Below, one piece after another: positions 23,217 to 31,779 of a stretch of 32,000 bases of DNA. The notes beneath the pieces are model-generated. The model worked only from the letters and a program-made list of their open reading frames with translations, ran no database searches and was not told the DNA's origin. This DNA is from Fibrobacter succinogenes subsp. succinogenes S85. GTDB taxonomy: Bacteria; Fibrobacterota; Fibrobacteria; Fibrobacterales; Fibrobacteraceae. The DNA is taken from assembly GCF_000146505.1 (NCBI RefSeq), contig NC_017448.1:2610001-2642000 (forward strand), in the 5' to 3' direction. Position 1 is the stretch's first letter. Each line of letters begins with the position of its first letter. The translations under genes were made by a program, and so were the position numbers.

Positions 23217-25904
23217 ATGAAGGTGTATTACAATCCGGCGTACAATGGGTTTGTCTATACGGGTTTGACAGAAGGTCAGGTCTTTTTTAATTCAACAGTT
23301 TGCAATACGAATTCGCTAGTTGACTTGATTGCTCTTCATGCGGGAGTAGATTTCCCGGTGGCATCCAATATCGACCGAGTTCTAGATTATTACAAGGCTA
23401 TGTTGGAATACAATAAGGCGAATCCAGATAACCTCTTTGCGAAATCCTTCGCATTGGATGAAATCAATACGGCAAAGGAATGCTTAAAGTGGCGTGACGC
23501 GATGATTCTTGCTGGGTGGCAACCTGGTAAAAATGATGCTTCGGAAAGAATGAAGGTCCTTGCAGGGATTGACGAAAACTTCCACTCCATTTCTAATGGA
23601 GAAAAATTACTGCGCATAACGGAAGCTGTAAAGAACGGCTGTAATCTACCGGAAAATCTTGAAATCATTACGCCGTTTGATTATGCGTGCTTTATACCTG
23701 CTGAACGGAATTTGTTGGATGCTATTGCAAAGCGGATTGGCGCGGAAAAGGTGCATGCCAATGATGACCTTCCGAAAAATTCCAACAATCTCCGCAAAGT
23801 CGCCAATATCTTAGTTGAAAACAAGCCTGATGCTATCACGCTTGACGGCGACGAATCCTTGGAACTTCTTTGTTTTGCTGAAAAGAAAGAGGCGCTTCAA
23901 TATCTGAGTCAACTTAAAGCGGATGATTATTCCGTTTGGATAAACAGGGATAACCGCGCTTTTGACAACTATTTGATACAAGTTCAGAAACCGACATGTG
24001 GCTCTAGCGATAAAGGTGTCAGCCAAATTTCGGAATTGCCAATCGTTGGGCTTGCGCTTTTTACTCGACCTCTGAACTTGAACGCCCTTATCAACTGGTT
24101 AACGGTTCCTAAGAGTCCTCTTAGTACAATGTTTAGGAATAAACTTGTGGATGCAATCGTCAGTAGTGGCGGATATTTCAATGACAAATGCCGTGATTGC
24201 CTCAGTAATGCTGAGGATAAGGATAAAGAACGGATCAAGTATTTCCTTCCTGATATTTCGAAACCGGAAGAAGCTATTGGTAACGAACCGATTAAGAAGT
24301 CGGTAATTCTCGATTATGTGAAACAACTTTCTCAATGGATTAATGCTAATCTCCACATGGAGATGAATGATTTTGAAAAGAATCATTTGATGGGTGCGTT
24401 GTCGATATGTTCTGCAATGGCGCGAATGTTGGAACTGATTGATGCCGCTGAAGTCTCTTATGATGATTTGATTTTGAATTTTGACTCCATTTCGACAGAA
24501 ATAGAATCCGAAATTTCTGAAAGCATGGTTGGTTGCCAGAATCTCATTTCTTTGAGCTCCAATATTGCTTCAATTGCCGATTCTACGATTTGGTGCGATT
24601 TTTACAATCCTGATGAACAGGCTCTGTCATATGACTTCCTTTTACCCCAAGAAAAAGAAATTTTGAAGGGAAATGTGTGGACTGGCGAAAACGAACAGAA
24701 ATTTAATCGTTTGAACAAGTTATTGCCGTTCATGCTTACCCAAAATAAGCTGACCTTGGTTACTGTGAAAAAAGATGGAACGAAGGATGTTGTTAAAGAT
24801 CCAATTCTGATACGTCTTGAAAAGAACATGGACAAGGAATTGACAAAAGAACCGCTGTCATTAAAACAGACTCTTGATGTTTCAACGGAAACAATTGAAC
24901 AATTTAATAACCGTCATCAGGATGAAGATGGAACGATTCATTTTGAACGAAAAGATTTGGTGTCGTTCCCGCAAAAGGAAAGCTTTAGTTCCATTTCAAC
25001 TTTGATTGACAATCCGTTTGATTATGTCTTTAATAAAATCATAAAATTGCGAAAGTCGGGAAGTGCAGCGATGTCAGCCGTATTCACAACAAAGGGAACG
25101 GTTGCTCATGCTATTATTGAAAAATTATTTGCTCCAGAAAAAGGTGGTTCTCCCGCTGCAATAAGGAATCGTATTGATTCTGATTTTGACACGGTCTTTG
25201 ATGAGACGATTCTTGAATGTGGTGGCATACTTTTGCAACCTGAGAATCTTTCTGAAAAAAATGTTTTTAAGAAAGATATGAAGAAATGTGTAACAAGGCT
25301 ATGTAATCTTATCGACAAGAACAACTTGAATGTGGTCGCTTGCGAAAAGAACTATGAGAATGTAGAATTGCCTGAATTTTCTAAACAGAAAATTTCGTTT
25401 AATGGTAGCATTGATATGGTCTTGGAAAACAATGCCGCAGAAATCGTCATTTTTGACTTTAAGTATTCTCCCAAGAAAGAAAAATACGAAAAATGGATAA
25501 AAAATAATCGATCCTTGCAATTAGCTCTTTATAAAGGTTTGGTTGAGAAAACGTCTGATAAAAAAGTGAATGCCAAAGCTTATATCCTTTTGCCGGAAGT
25601 CAAGGTTATTACAGCGGATGAATTGAAGGGGTATATCTTTGATACCAAAATTGATCGAGATGGAATTGTACTTGATGAAATGAGTAATTCCTATGTGTAT
25701 AGGTGTAATCAAATTTTGAATGGTGCTATTGAAGATGGAGAAGGGATTAAATTCCCAATCGACGCTGTGAAGATTGCTTATAATCTCGACACCACTAAAA
25801 ATAATCTTGTTCCGTTGGACGCTGATATAAAACCTAGGAACAAAACATGGGAAAAAACTCCGAACAAATACAGCGATTACGCATTTTTTAAGGCAGGTAA
25901 ATAA
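23217..25904 (+). CDS. AddB-like subunit: a large protein with a C-terminal RecB-family PD-(D/E)xK nuclease domain and no Walker A motif
   Basis: aagga precedes the ATG at 23217; the ATG at 23196 is also possible. Nuclease motifs in order are KGTVAHAIIEKLF, GSIDMVLEN, VIFDFKYS and LQLALYKG (QxxxY). The stop TAA overlaps the downstream ATG by 1 nt (taATG). Confidence 0.7.
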   Translation: MKVYYNPAYNGFVYTGLTEGQVFFNSTVCNTNSLVDLIALHAGVDFPVASNIDRVLDYYKAMLEYNKANPDNLFAKSFALDEINTAKECLKWRDAMILAGWQPGKNDASERMKVLAGIDENFHSISNGEKLLRITEAVKNGCNLPENLEIITPFDYACFIPAERNLLDAIAKRIGAEKVHANDDLPKNSNNLRKVANILVENKPDAITLDGDESLELLCFAEKKEALQYLSQLKADDYSVWINRDNRAFDNYLIQVQKPTCGSSDKGVSQISELPIVGLALFTRPLNLNALINWLTVPKSPLSTMFRNKLVDAIVSSGGYFNDKCRDCLSNAEDKDKERIKYFLPDISKPEEAIGNEPIKKSVILDYVKQLSQWINANLHMEMNDFEKNHLMGALSICSAMARMLELIDAAEVSYDDLILNFDSISTEIESEISESMVGCQNLISLSSNIASIADSTIWCDFYNPDEQALSYDFLLPQEKEILKGNVWTGENEQKFNRLNKLLPFMLTQNKLTLVTVKKDGTKDVVKDPILIRLEKNMDKELTKEPLSLKQTLDVSTETIEQFNNRHQDEDGTIHFERKDLVSFPQKESFSSISTLIDNPFDYVFNKIIKLRKSGSAAMSAVFTTKGTVAHAIIEKLFAPEKGGSPAAIRNRIDSDFDTVFDETILECGGILLQPENLSEKNVFKKDMKKCVTRLCNLIDKNNLNVVACEKNYENVELPEFSKQKISFNGSIDMVLENNAAEIVIFDFKYSPKKEKYEKWIKNNRSLQLALYKGLVEKTSDKKVNAKAYILLPEVKVITADELKGYIFDTKIDRDGIVLDEMSNSYVYRCNQILNGAIEDGEGIKFPIDAVKIAYNLDTTKNNLVPLDADIKPRNKTWEKTPNKYSDYAFFKAGK

Positions 25905-28900
25905 TGAATCACGTTACGTATATTAGTGCAGGTGCAGGTAGTGGAAAAACATTCACTTTGACATCTATTCTTGCCGACTTAATTGTAAAAGAAAAGGCTA
26001 CTCCGGATCAGTTTATCCTGACGACGTTTACCGAGGCTGCAGCGAGTGAATTTAGGGAAAAAGCTAAAGCTAAAATTTATGAGCATACGGAGTATGCCAA
26101 ATATGCCGAAGCCGCAGAAAAACTTGACCAATCCATGATTGGAACGGTAGATAGTATTGCCAATAGTTTTGTGCAAAAGTATTGGTTCTTGTTAGGAGTA
26201 AGTCCTAATCAAAAAATAATTGATGATGAACAGAAAAAGTTTTTTATAAGTCAAGTTTTTTCTAAAATAGCAACACCGCAAGATATTCTTTTTTTAGATG
26301 ACTTTTGCGAACAGTTTAACATTGCAAATGATATAAATAGTAAAAATTTCGGTCTTAATTATGATTTTTGGAAAGAGTATGTTTTAGAAATTTTTGAAAA
26401 AATTCAGAGCTATAATATAGCCGATGTAAATATTTGTAGGGAAAAATCACTAGCCTTTGCTACTAGTATTACAGGTGAAGGAAATTTAAATTATAGTAAA
26501 GAAGATGTCTTAAAACTTCTCAATGAAATACAATGCTTGGCTAGTGATACGTTAGTTTCTAAAGTCAAAGATCTAAAAATAGTCTTTTCGAATGAACAGA
26601 AAATTTCTGATGTAGTAAAAATTATAAAAATACTTGATGAAGAAATAAATCAAAAAACTGCAACGGGCAGGGACAAAAAGTTAAAAACAAATCTGTTTAA
26701 AAAAGATGGCAATGAGGCTTTATTCAATTCGGTGTATGATTCACTCGGTCGAGTTTATTCATCGAAAAAAGTCCGTGATCTGGTCCTTAAGTACATCAAT
26801 TTGATTTTTGGCTATGTAGAAAAAGCTCGGGAAGAATTTAAAAAATTTAAGGAAGAACATCACCTTATTGACTTTGTTGATATGGAAACGCGATTCCTAG
26901 AGCTTTTAGATAAAGATGAAGTTCAGCAGGATATCTGCAATACCTACAAGTATGTATTCGTTGACGAATTCCAGGACAGTAGCCCTCTCCAGGTTAAAAT
27001 TTTTGACAAGCTTTCTGAAATAGTTGGCCGTGATGAATGTGACGATTTCGTTGTTACCATAGGTACTGGCAAAGATACCAATGAATTCCATATTCACAAT
27101 AGCATTTGGGTTGGCGACTTTAAACAGGCTATTTACGGATTCCGTGGTGCCGATACCGACTTGACAAAAGCTGTTGCCGACATTATCGCACAAAAGCAAA
27201 TATCGTTACCAAAACAGTTTAAAATTCACACGTTGAAAAAGAGCTTCCGCTCTTTAGAAAACATTGTGGATTTCACGAATGAACTTTTTGTTCCCGCTTT
27301 TGAAGGAATTTTAAAGAAAGAAGAAGTTGAGCTTATAGCTCACCGTCCACAAGACAATGCGGTGAAAAGCCTTAAGTGCTGGAAAGTTGATGGCAAAAAA
27401 GAGGAAGAACGGTTAAAGAATTTAGCTTTACAAATTGCAAAGCGTCTAAAAAACGGAGAAAAACCATCTGATTATGCAGTCCTAGCTCGAAGAGGTGCTC
27501 CGCTAAACAAACTTTCCGATGCCTTGAAAACTCTTAATGTTCCTGTATGCAGAACTCTTGAATTTGATGAAAAACGCGATGAACTTGCTTTGATTTCTGC
27601 ATTGATGAATCTTGTTACGAATGATTTTGATAATTATTCTAGAGCTGTTGTTGCCTTTTTGACTCAAAAGGGATTTGATGCAGGAAGAATAATTGATGCA
27701 AAACTTGAGTTTGATAAGTCCTATCAGGATAATAAGAACTGTCCTAAGTATTTGTCGGACAACTCAATTCTAGCAAAGTTTGCAGAACGTCGAGATTTCT
27801 ACAGAATGCAGACTATTCATAATTTGGTGGAAAGCTTAATAGTTGATCTTGATTTATATTCTGTTGGTCGTGGTTGGGAAAATGCTGTTGGTACTGATGA
27901 ATGTTTTGCTGCTTTGATTGAAGCTTCGTACGATTACGAGGAACGCTGTTCCCAAATTGGTATTTCGCCGACCATTAGTGGCTATGTTGATTACTGTAAA
28001 GATAATGCAAAATCGGCAGGTTCTAAGGACGGCGTGGTTCTTTCTACCTTCCATCATTCAAAAGGACTTGAATGGAAAAAAGTGATTCTTTTGGACCTTG
28101 ATGAAGATGTCTTTGATGAAAATAAAAGGATTAAGTATGGAGTTCTAGGTGTCCATAATTACCATGATGTAGCCCCATCTGAAAGCAACCTTTATCCTCC
28201 GATGATTATTAATTTGATGCCAAATTTGTTTGCGGGTAATACGAATGTCGCTGAAGATATGGCTGAAAAGATTAAGAATTCGGGATTCTTTAAATCGACA
28301 TGCCAAAGCTTTATTTCTGAAACTATTCGACTGCTTTATGTGGCAATCACTCGTGCAAAGGACGAGCTAATTTTGACGTTGGACGAAGAAAATCCGTTGC
28401 AGGTATTCTCTTGCTTAAAATGTCATATTCAAACAGGTGCAGATTATGAAAATGGGAAAGAGGTAAGTCTATTTAGTTTTAATAATCAGGATACAAATGA
28501 AAGATTAAAATTCTTGTTTGAAAACGATAAATTGTCCGAGGGTGATTCTTATCAGGTTGAAAAACCTGAAAAATTAGTTTTCAAGAAAAACGAAAAAATC
28601 GAAACAGCCAATCGTGACCAGCAACCGAGTAAGGTAAAGCCGAGCCGAAAGGTAACCGCAAACATCGTATTTGATTCTGGTAGCCGTATTAAAGCGAATC
28701 CGGATGAAATGGACAAGTTTGGTACGTGTATCCATAATATTTTCTGCGTGCTAGAAAAATCGCCAACCGTGGAAATGGTTGAAAAAATTATCAAGAATCA
28801 TCAGATGGAAACTGCACTTCCGCAACCGGAAGATGTCCTGAAAGCTTGGCAAAATCTTGAAAAGTTCTTGACGGAAAAATATGGTGCTAAGGTTGCGACC

Positions 28901-29083
28901 TATCATGAACTCCCGTTCAGGCATATGCTCGATGGTCAAATTTTTAATGGAGAAATGGACCTCGTGTGGGAAACGGATAAAGGTGTAGTTCTTGTGGACT
29001 TTAAGTCGTATCCTGGCAATAATAATGATGTTGTTGCTGTTGACAATGACCACTATGCTGGCAAGTATGCAGGGCAGTTTTGA
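25904..29083 (+). CDS. AddA/UvrD-like SF1 helicase with a C-terminal PD-(D/E)xK nuclease. The frame terminates inside the last nuclease motif.
   Basis: Helicase motifs are SAGAGSGKTFTL (I), TFTEAAASEF (Ia), VFVDEFQDSSPLQ (II), VGDFKQAIYGFRGAD (III), LKKSFRS (IV), STFHHSKGLEWKKVILLD (V) and LLYVAITRAKDELIL (VI). Nuclease motifs are GTCIHNIFCVLE and GEMDLVWETDKGVVLVDFKSY. The ORF ends ...YAGQF-TGA at 29081-29083. Confidence 0.8.
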   Translation: MNHVTYISAGAGSGKTFTLTSILADLIVKEKATPDQFILTTFTEAAASEFREKAKAKIYEHTEYAKYAEAAEKLDQSMIGTVDSIANSFVQKYWFLLGVSPNQKIIDDEQKKFFISQVFSKIATPQDILFLDDFCEQFNIANDINSKNFGLNYDFWKEYVLEIFEKIQSYNIADVNICREKSLAFATSITGEGNLNYSKEDVLKLLNEIQCLASDTLVSKVKDLKIVFSNEQKISDVVKIIKILDEEINQKTATGRDKKLKTNLFKKDGNEALFNSVYDSLGRVYSSKKVRDLVLKYINLIFGYVEKAREEFKKFKEEHHLIDFVDMETRFLELLDKDEVQQDICNTYKYVFVDEFQDSSPLQVKIFDKLSEIVGRDECDDFVVTIGTGKDTNEFHIHNSIWVGDFKQAIYGFRGADTDLTKAVADIIAQKQISLPKQFKIHTLKKSFRSLENIVDFTNELFVPAFEGILKKEEVELIAHRPQDNAVKSLKCWKVDGKKEEERLKNLALQIAKRLKNGEKPSDYAVLARRGAPLNKLSDALKTLNVPVCRTLEFDEKRDELALISALMNLVTNDFDNYSRAVVAFLTQKGFDAGRIIDAKLEFDKSYQDNKNCPKYLSDNSILAKFAERRDFYRMQTIHNLVESLIVDLDLYSVGRGWENAVGTDECFAALIEASYDYEERCSQIGISPTISGYVDYCKDNAKSAGSKDGVVLSTFHHSKGLEWKKVILLDLDEDVFDENKRIKYGVLGVHNYHDVAPSESNLYPPMIINLMPNLFAGNTNVAEDMAEKIKNSGFFKSTCQSFISETIRLLYVAITRAKDELILTLDEENPLQVFSCLKCHIQTGADYENGKEVSLFSFNNQDTNERLKFLFENDKLSEGDSYQVEKPEKLVFKKNEKIETANRDQQPSKVKPSRKVTANIVFDSGSRIKANPDEMDKFGTCIHNIFCVLEKSPTVEMVEKIIKNHQMETALPQPEDVLKAWQNLEKFLTEKYGAKVATYHELPFRHMLDGQIFNGEMDLVWETDKGVVLVDFKSYPGNNNDVVAVDNDHYAGKYAGQF

Positions 29084-29191
29084 ATGCTATTGATTGTGCG
29101 CTAAAGGCTGCAGGCAAGAAACGTCCTTGCAAGACTGGTTTATTACCATGTCCTTGGCGTGGTAGTGGAATTGAAATTTGATAAGGAATAA
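29081..29191 (+). pseudogene. Out-of-frame remnant encoding the missing C-terminal ~36 residues of the AddA-like nuclease domain
   Basis: The same frame re-opens after the TAA at 29102-29104 and reads ...VLARLVYYHVLGVVVELKFDKE, with a stop at 29189-29191. The other two frames read ECY (29082-29090) and DCALKAAGKK (29092-29121). Joined together they restore Q-x3-Y-x2-AL. Confidence 0.6.
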
Positions 29192-29228
29192 TGCGAGATT
29201 GGCTAATTAGGCCTAATTGGGAATATAA

Positions 29229-29262
29229 GAAAACGGGTTCATGTTTAATGAACCCGTTTTTT
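29229..29262. terminator. Bidirectional intrinsic terminator between the convergent AddA-like and GmrSD-like genes
   Basis: Perfect 13-bp stem aaaacgggttcat / atgaacccgtttt around loop gttta, with A-run and T-run flanks serving both strands. Confidence 0.8.
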
Positions 29263-29289
29263 AATGACGTTAGTGATTCCTGATAATCA

Positions 29290-31245
29290 TTATACTTGAG
29301 GATTACCCCAAAGGGCTATAACTTCAGAAATCAATTTCTTTTCACGAAGATAAATGTCTCGTTCGTCCCACTCAGTTCTTTCAACAAAGGATCCTTCCGT
29401 TTCTCCAATTTTTTTCAGAATGTCTTCTGTCGTAATGGAAAGTTTGGAGTAATCTTTGTACCCTTTTTTTATTTTGCCTTTTTTGTCTGTCCAACCGTTA
29501 ACCTTTTCTGTAAAAGGACGATTGCTTAATGATGAATTAAAACTTTGTGTGACAAGAGTCATGTTGCCTATAGAATATATTTTTGATTTTTTCTTATCAT
29601 CTCGTTCTTTGTTCTCAATGGCTTCACTAGCTTCGTTGTAGCATGGAACATTTTCCCAACATTCATGCCATTTTTGAGGCATCACATGCTCCAAAGTGAA
29701 ATTGTACTCAAGTTCTGTTTTTTCATAATCACTCTTTGAATCTTGATTTTTGAAAGCGCGATATAATTCTATCCAAAAAAGTATAAGTGTTCCAGAACTA
29801 TTTGATACATTGTTTTTTAGGCCATTTTCTATATCGGTATTCGATATTTCATTAGACATTTTAACAACTTTTGATTCATCGCTAATGAAGCTAACTACGT
29901 CACGATTGAAGTTTTTTGTACTATGTTGGGATGTTACATTGCGCATGACGAAAACTTCAAGTTCATGAAATTTTTCCTTTAGTTTGTTTTCGTCATTTGC
30001 GTAGGTTATATATAAATGCAATAAGTAAGGAATAAACACGTTTTCGCTTATTCTTTCAAGCATATTTAACAATCGTTTTTCCCAATCTTCATAAGATATG
30101 GATTGCTCTGATCCAATAGGTTTCAAACGCTCTGTATAAATATCGGCATAGGAACATAGTTCTTCAATCAAAACCTTTATGGAGTCAACACTTGAACATT
30201 TTTCCTGAACAAATTTTCTATACAATTCGGGTAAATCAGCTCGTGTTTGCCCGTCTTGGTTGGGATTGAAAATGCCCTTGTTTATTGCATAGGCGCTAAC
30301 GATAATCTCAGAATTGGTACTTGTATATACTCCATGTCCACGAGTGTTGTCCCAAAATTTAATGCATTTGTTATCGCGTTCAAAAGTTTTCTTCCAGGTT
30401 TCATCATAAAAAGACATTACGTCTTTCTCTGCACGAGAACGGTCTTTCTCTTTCAGATAAAAATCCATCAATTGTGAGAATAAATTATTTTTGATTAAGT
30501 CGTACGATGTTAGCTTAACGCCAGCGCTGTTAATAGTATCAAAGATATCTTGTTCATTGCGGTCATCTGCTTCTAAAGTAATTCTTACTAATAAGTTTTG
30601 GCATCTATATAATTGTTCAAAGTAATCCCAGCGTGAATCTTCCTCAATAGCGTCTAATTTTTCTTTGAAAAATAAATAACATGCCAAAATGTTTCTATGG
30701 TCACGCAGATATTCTTCTTTTTTTTCTTGATTAAGAATTTTGTCTGAACCATCCTTTCTATTTATACTGTTATTCCCTTCCGCATCCTCTTTGACGAATC
30801 CAATTACTAAATCGTAATCATTACGATCTATATATGAATGCTTTATTTTTGTTTCGTACGAACTTTTATTTTTGTCTTCATAAAAAAGCATGCCTATTAA
30901 TTCTTTTTTCCATTTGAATCTGGTATGACCGTTTTTATCTGGTTTTTCTGGAATGCTGTCAAAAATTGCTCTAAAGACAATGGAAAGAGTGGTTAAACGT
31001 TGTTGCCCATCAATAATTTGAGATTTGTCAATCTCATGCATCTCGTCTGATTTTGGCTTTTCTTTAAAAATGATTGATCCTAAATATGGATTTTGTTTCT
31101 TCTTAACAATCGTTTCAATAGATTCCCAAAGCCGCAGCCAATTATCTTCATCCCAAACATAACGACGTTGAAAAAAAGGAATTTCCAGTTGATGAGGATT
31201 GTTCAAATGGAATGCAGAAGGTAAGTCCACACCTTTAATTCTCAT
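29290..31245 (-). CDS. GmrSD-family type IV (modification-dependent) restriction-like enzyme: N-terminal DUF262 (ParB-like NTPase) + C-terminal DUF1524 (His-Me/HNH nuclease)
   Basis: SD aaaggaga precedes the ATG at 31245. DUF262 motifs are FFQRRYVWDEDNW and IIDGQQRLTTLSI. DUF1524 motifs are FTLEHVMPQKW and IGNMTLVTQSFNSSLSNRPF. Confidence 0.8.
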   Translation of the reverse strand: MRIKGVDLPSAFHLNNPHQLEIPFFQRRYVWDEDNWLRLWESIETIVKKKQNPYLGSIIFKEKPKSDEMHEIDKSQIIDGQQRLTTLSIVFRAIFDSIPEKPDKNGHTRFKWKKELIGMLFYEDKNKSSYETKIKHSYIDRNDYDLVIGFVKEDAEGNNSINRKDGSDKILNQEKKEEYLRDHRNILACYLFFKEKLDAIEEDSRWDYFEQLYRCQNLLVRITLEADDRNEQDIFDTINSAGVKLTSYDLIKNNLFSQLMDFYLKEKDRSRAEKDVMSFYDETWKKTFERDNKCIKFWDNTRGHGVYTSTNSEIIVSAYAINKGIFNPNQDGQTRADLPELYRKFVQEKCSSVDSIKVLIEELCSYADIYTERLKPIGSEQSISYEDWEKRLLNMLERISENVFIPYLLHLYITYANDENKLKEKFHELEVFVMRNVTSQHSTKNFNRDVVSFISDESKVVKMSNEISNTDIENGLKNNVSNSSGTLILFWIELYRAFKNQDSKSDYEKTELEYNFTLEHVMPQKWHECWENVPCYNEASEAIENKERDDKKKSKIYSIGNMTLVTQSFNSSLSNRPFTEKVNGWTDKKGKIKKGYKDYSKLSITTEDILKKIGETEGSFVERTEWDERDIYLREKKLISEVIALWGNPQV

Positions 31246-31450
31246 ATACGTCTCCTTTTATAAATTTTAAACAGTTAAGTGAACTATCCGATTATTTGTT
31301 GCAATATATAGTTTTTTTCATATGTGCTTATTCTGAAAGGGCGTTTAAAATTTAGATGTAGAAACTGTTTCTGCAATTCATAACTTTAAACGTAGGGGCT
31401 TGGTTTGTGTTGGTATTCTTTAATTTAATGTTCTAAAAATGCAGTTGTCA

Positions 31451-31516
31451 GTCTCTATTTGTCACATTCTGAATCTATATTATAACCATTCAAATGCGAC
31501 AAAGGAGGCTTTTATG
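31451..31516 (+). promoter_or_regulatory. Promoter-leader cassette, copy A (TTGTCA-N16-TATAAC, leader, SD aaaggagg, ATG)
   Basis: 49 of the first 57 positions are identical to copy B at 31713-31779. The -35 box is at 31459-31464 and the -10 box at 31481-31486. Confidence 0.55.
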
Positions 31517-31708
31517 GCAAATTATGTTCCGTCGATGTCCAAAGAAGATTTGCTTAAACTAAGAGAAAATCTAAAGCGAAGAATTAAAGAAACGAAAGAT
31601 GAAGCTAAAGGTCTAAGTGGTAAAGATTATGCGATAGCTACAATAAGTTTGCCAAGTGATGAAGCTGAATTAGAAGATGTTGAAGAACGATTGAAGAAAC
31701 TTGTATAA
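31514..31708 (+). CDS. Small charged coiled-coil-like protein (64 aa), unknown function
   Basis: SD aaaggagg lies 5 nt before the ATG at 31514 (MANYVPSMSKEDLLKLRENLKRRIKETKDEAKG...). The ORF-track start at 31439 falls inside the promoter cassette. Confidence 0.5.
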   Translation: MANYVPSMSKEDLLKLRENLKRRIKETKDEAKGLSGKDYAIATISLPSDEAELEDVEERLKKLV

Positions 31709-31712
31709 TTCC

Positions 31713-31779
31713 GTCTCTATTTGTCGCATGCTAAATCTATATTATAATCGTTCAAAAGCAATAAAGGAGTATCAACATG
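31713..31779 (+). promoter_or_regulatory. Promoter-leader cassette, copy B (TTGTCG-N16-TATAAT, leader, SD aaaggag, ATG)
   Basis: See copy A. The -35 box is at 31721-31726 and the -10 box at 31743-31748. Confidence 0.55.

Noticed and set aside
23390-29053. Numerous 60-100-aa minus-strand ORFs inside the AddB-like and AddA-like genes
   Set aside because: They are chance ORFs within the two long + strand ORFs, whose helicase and nuclease motifs occur in the correct order. None has an SD or a recognisable motif.
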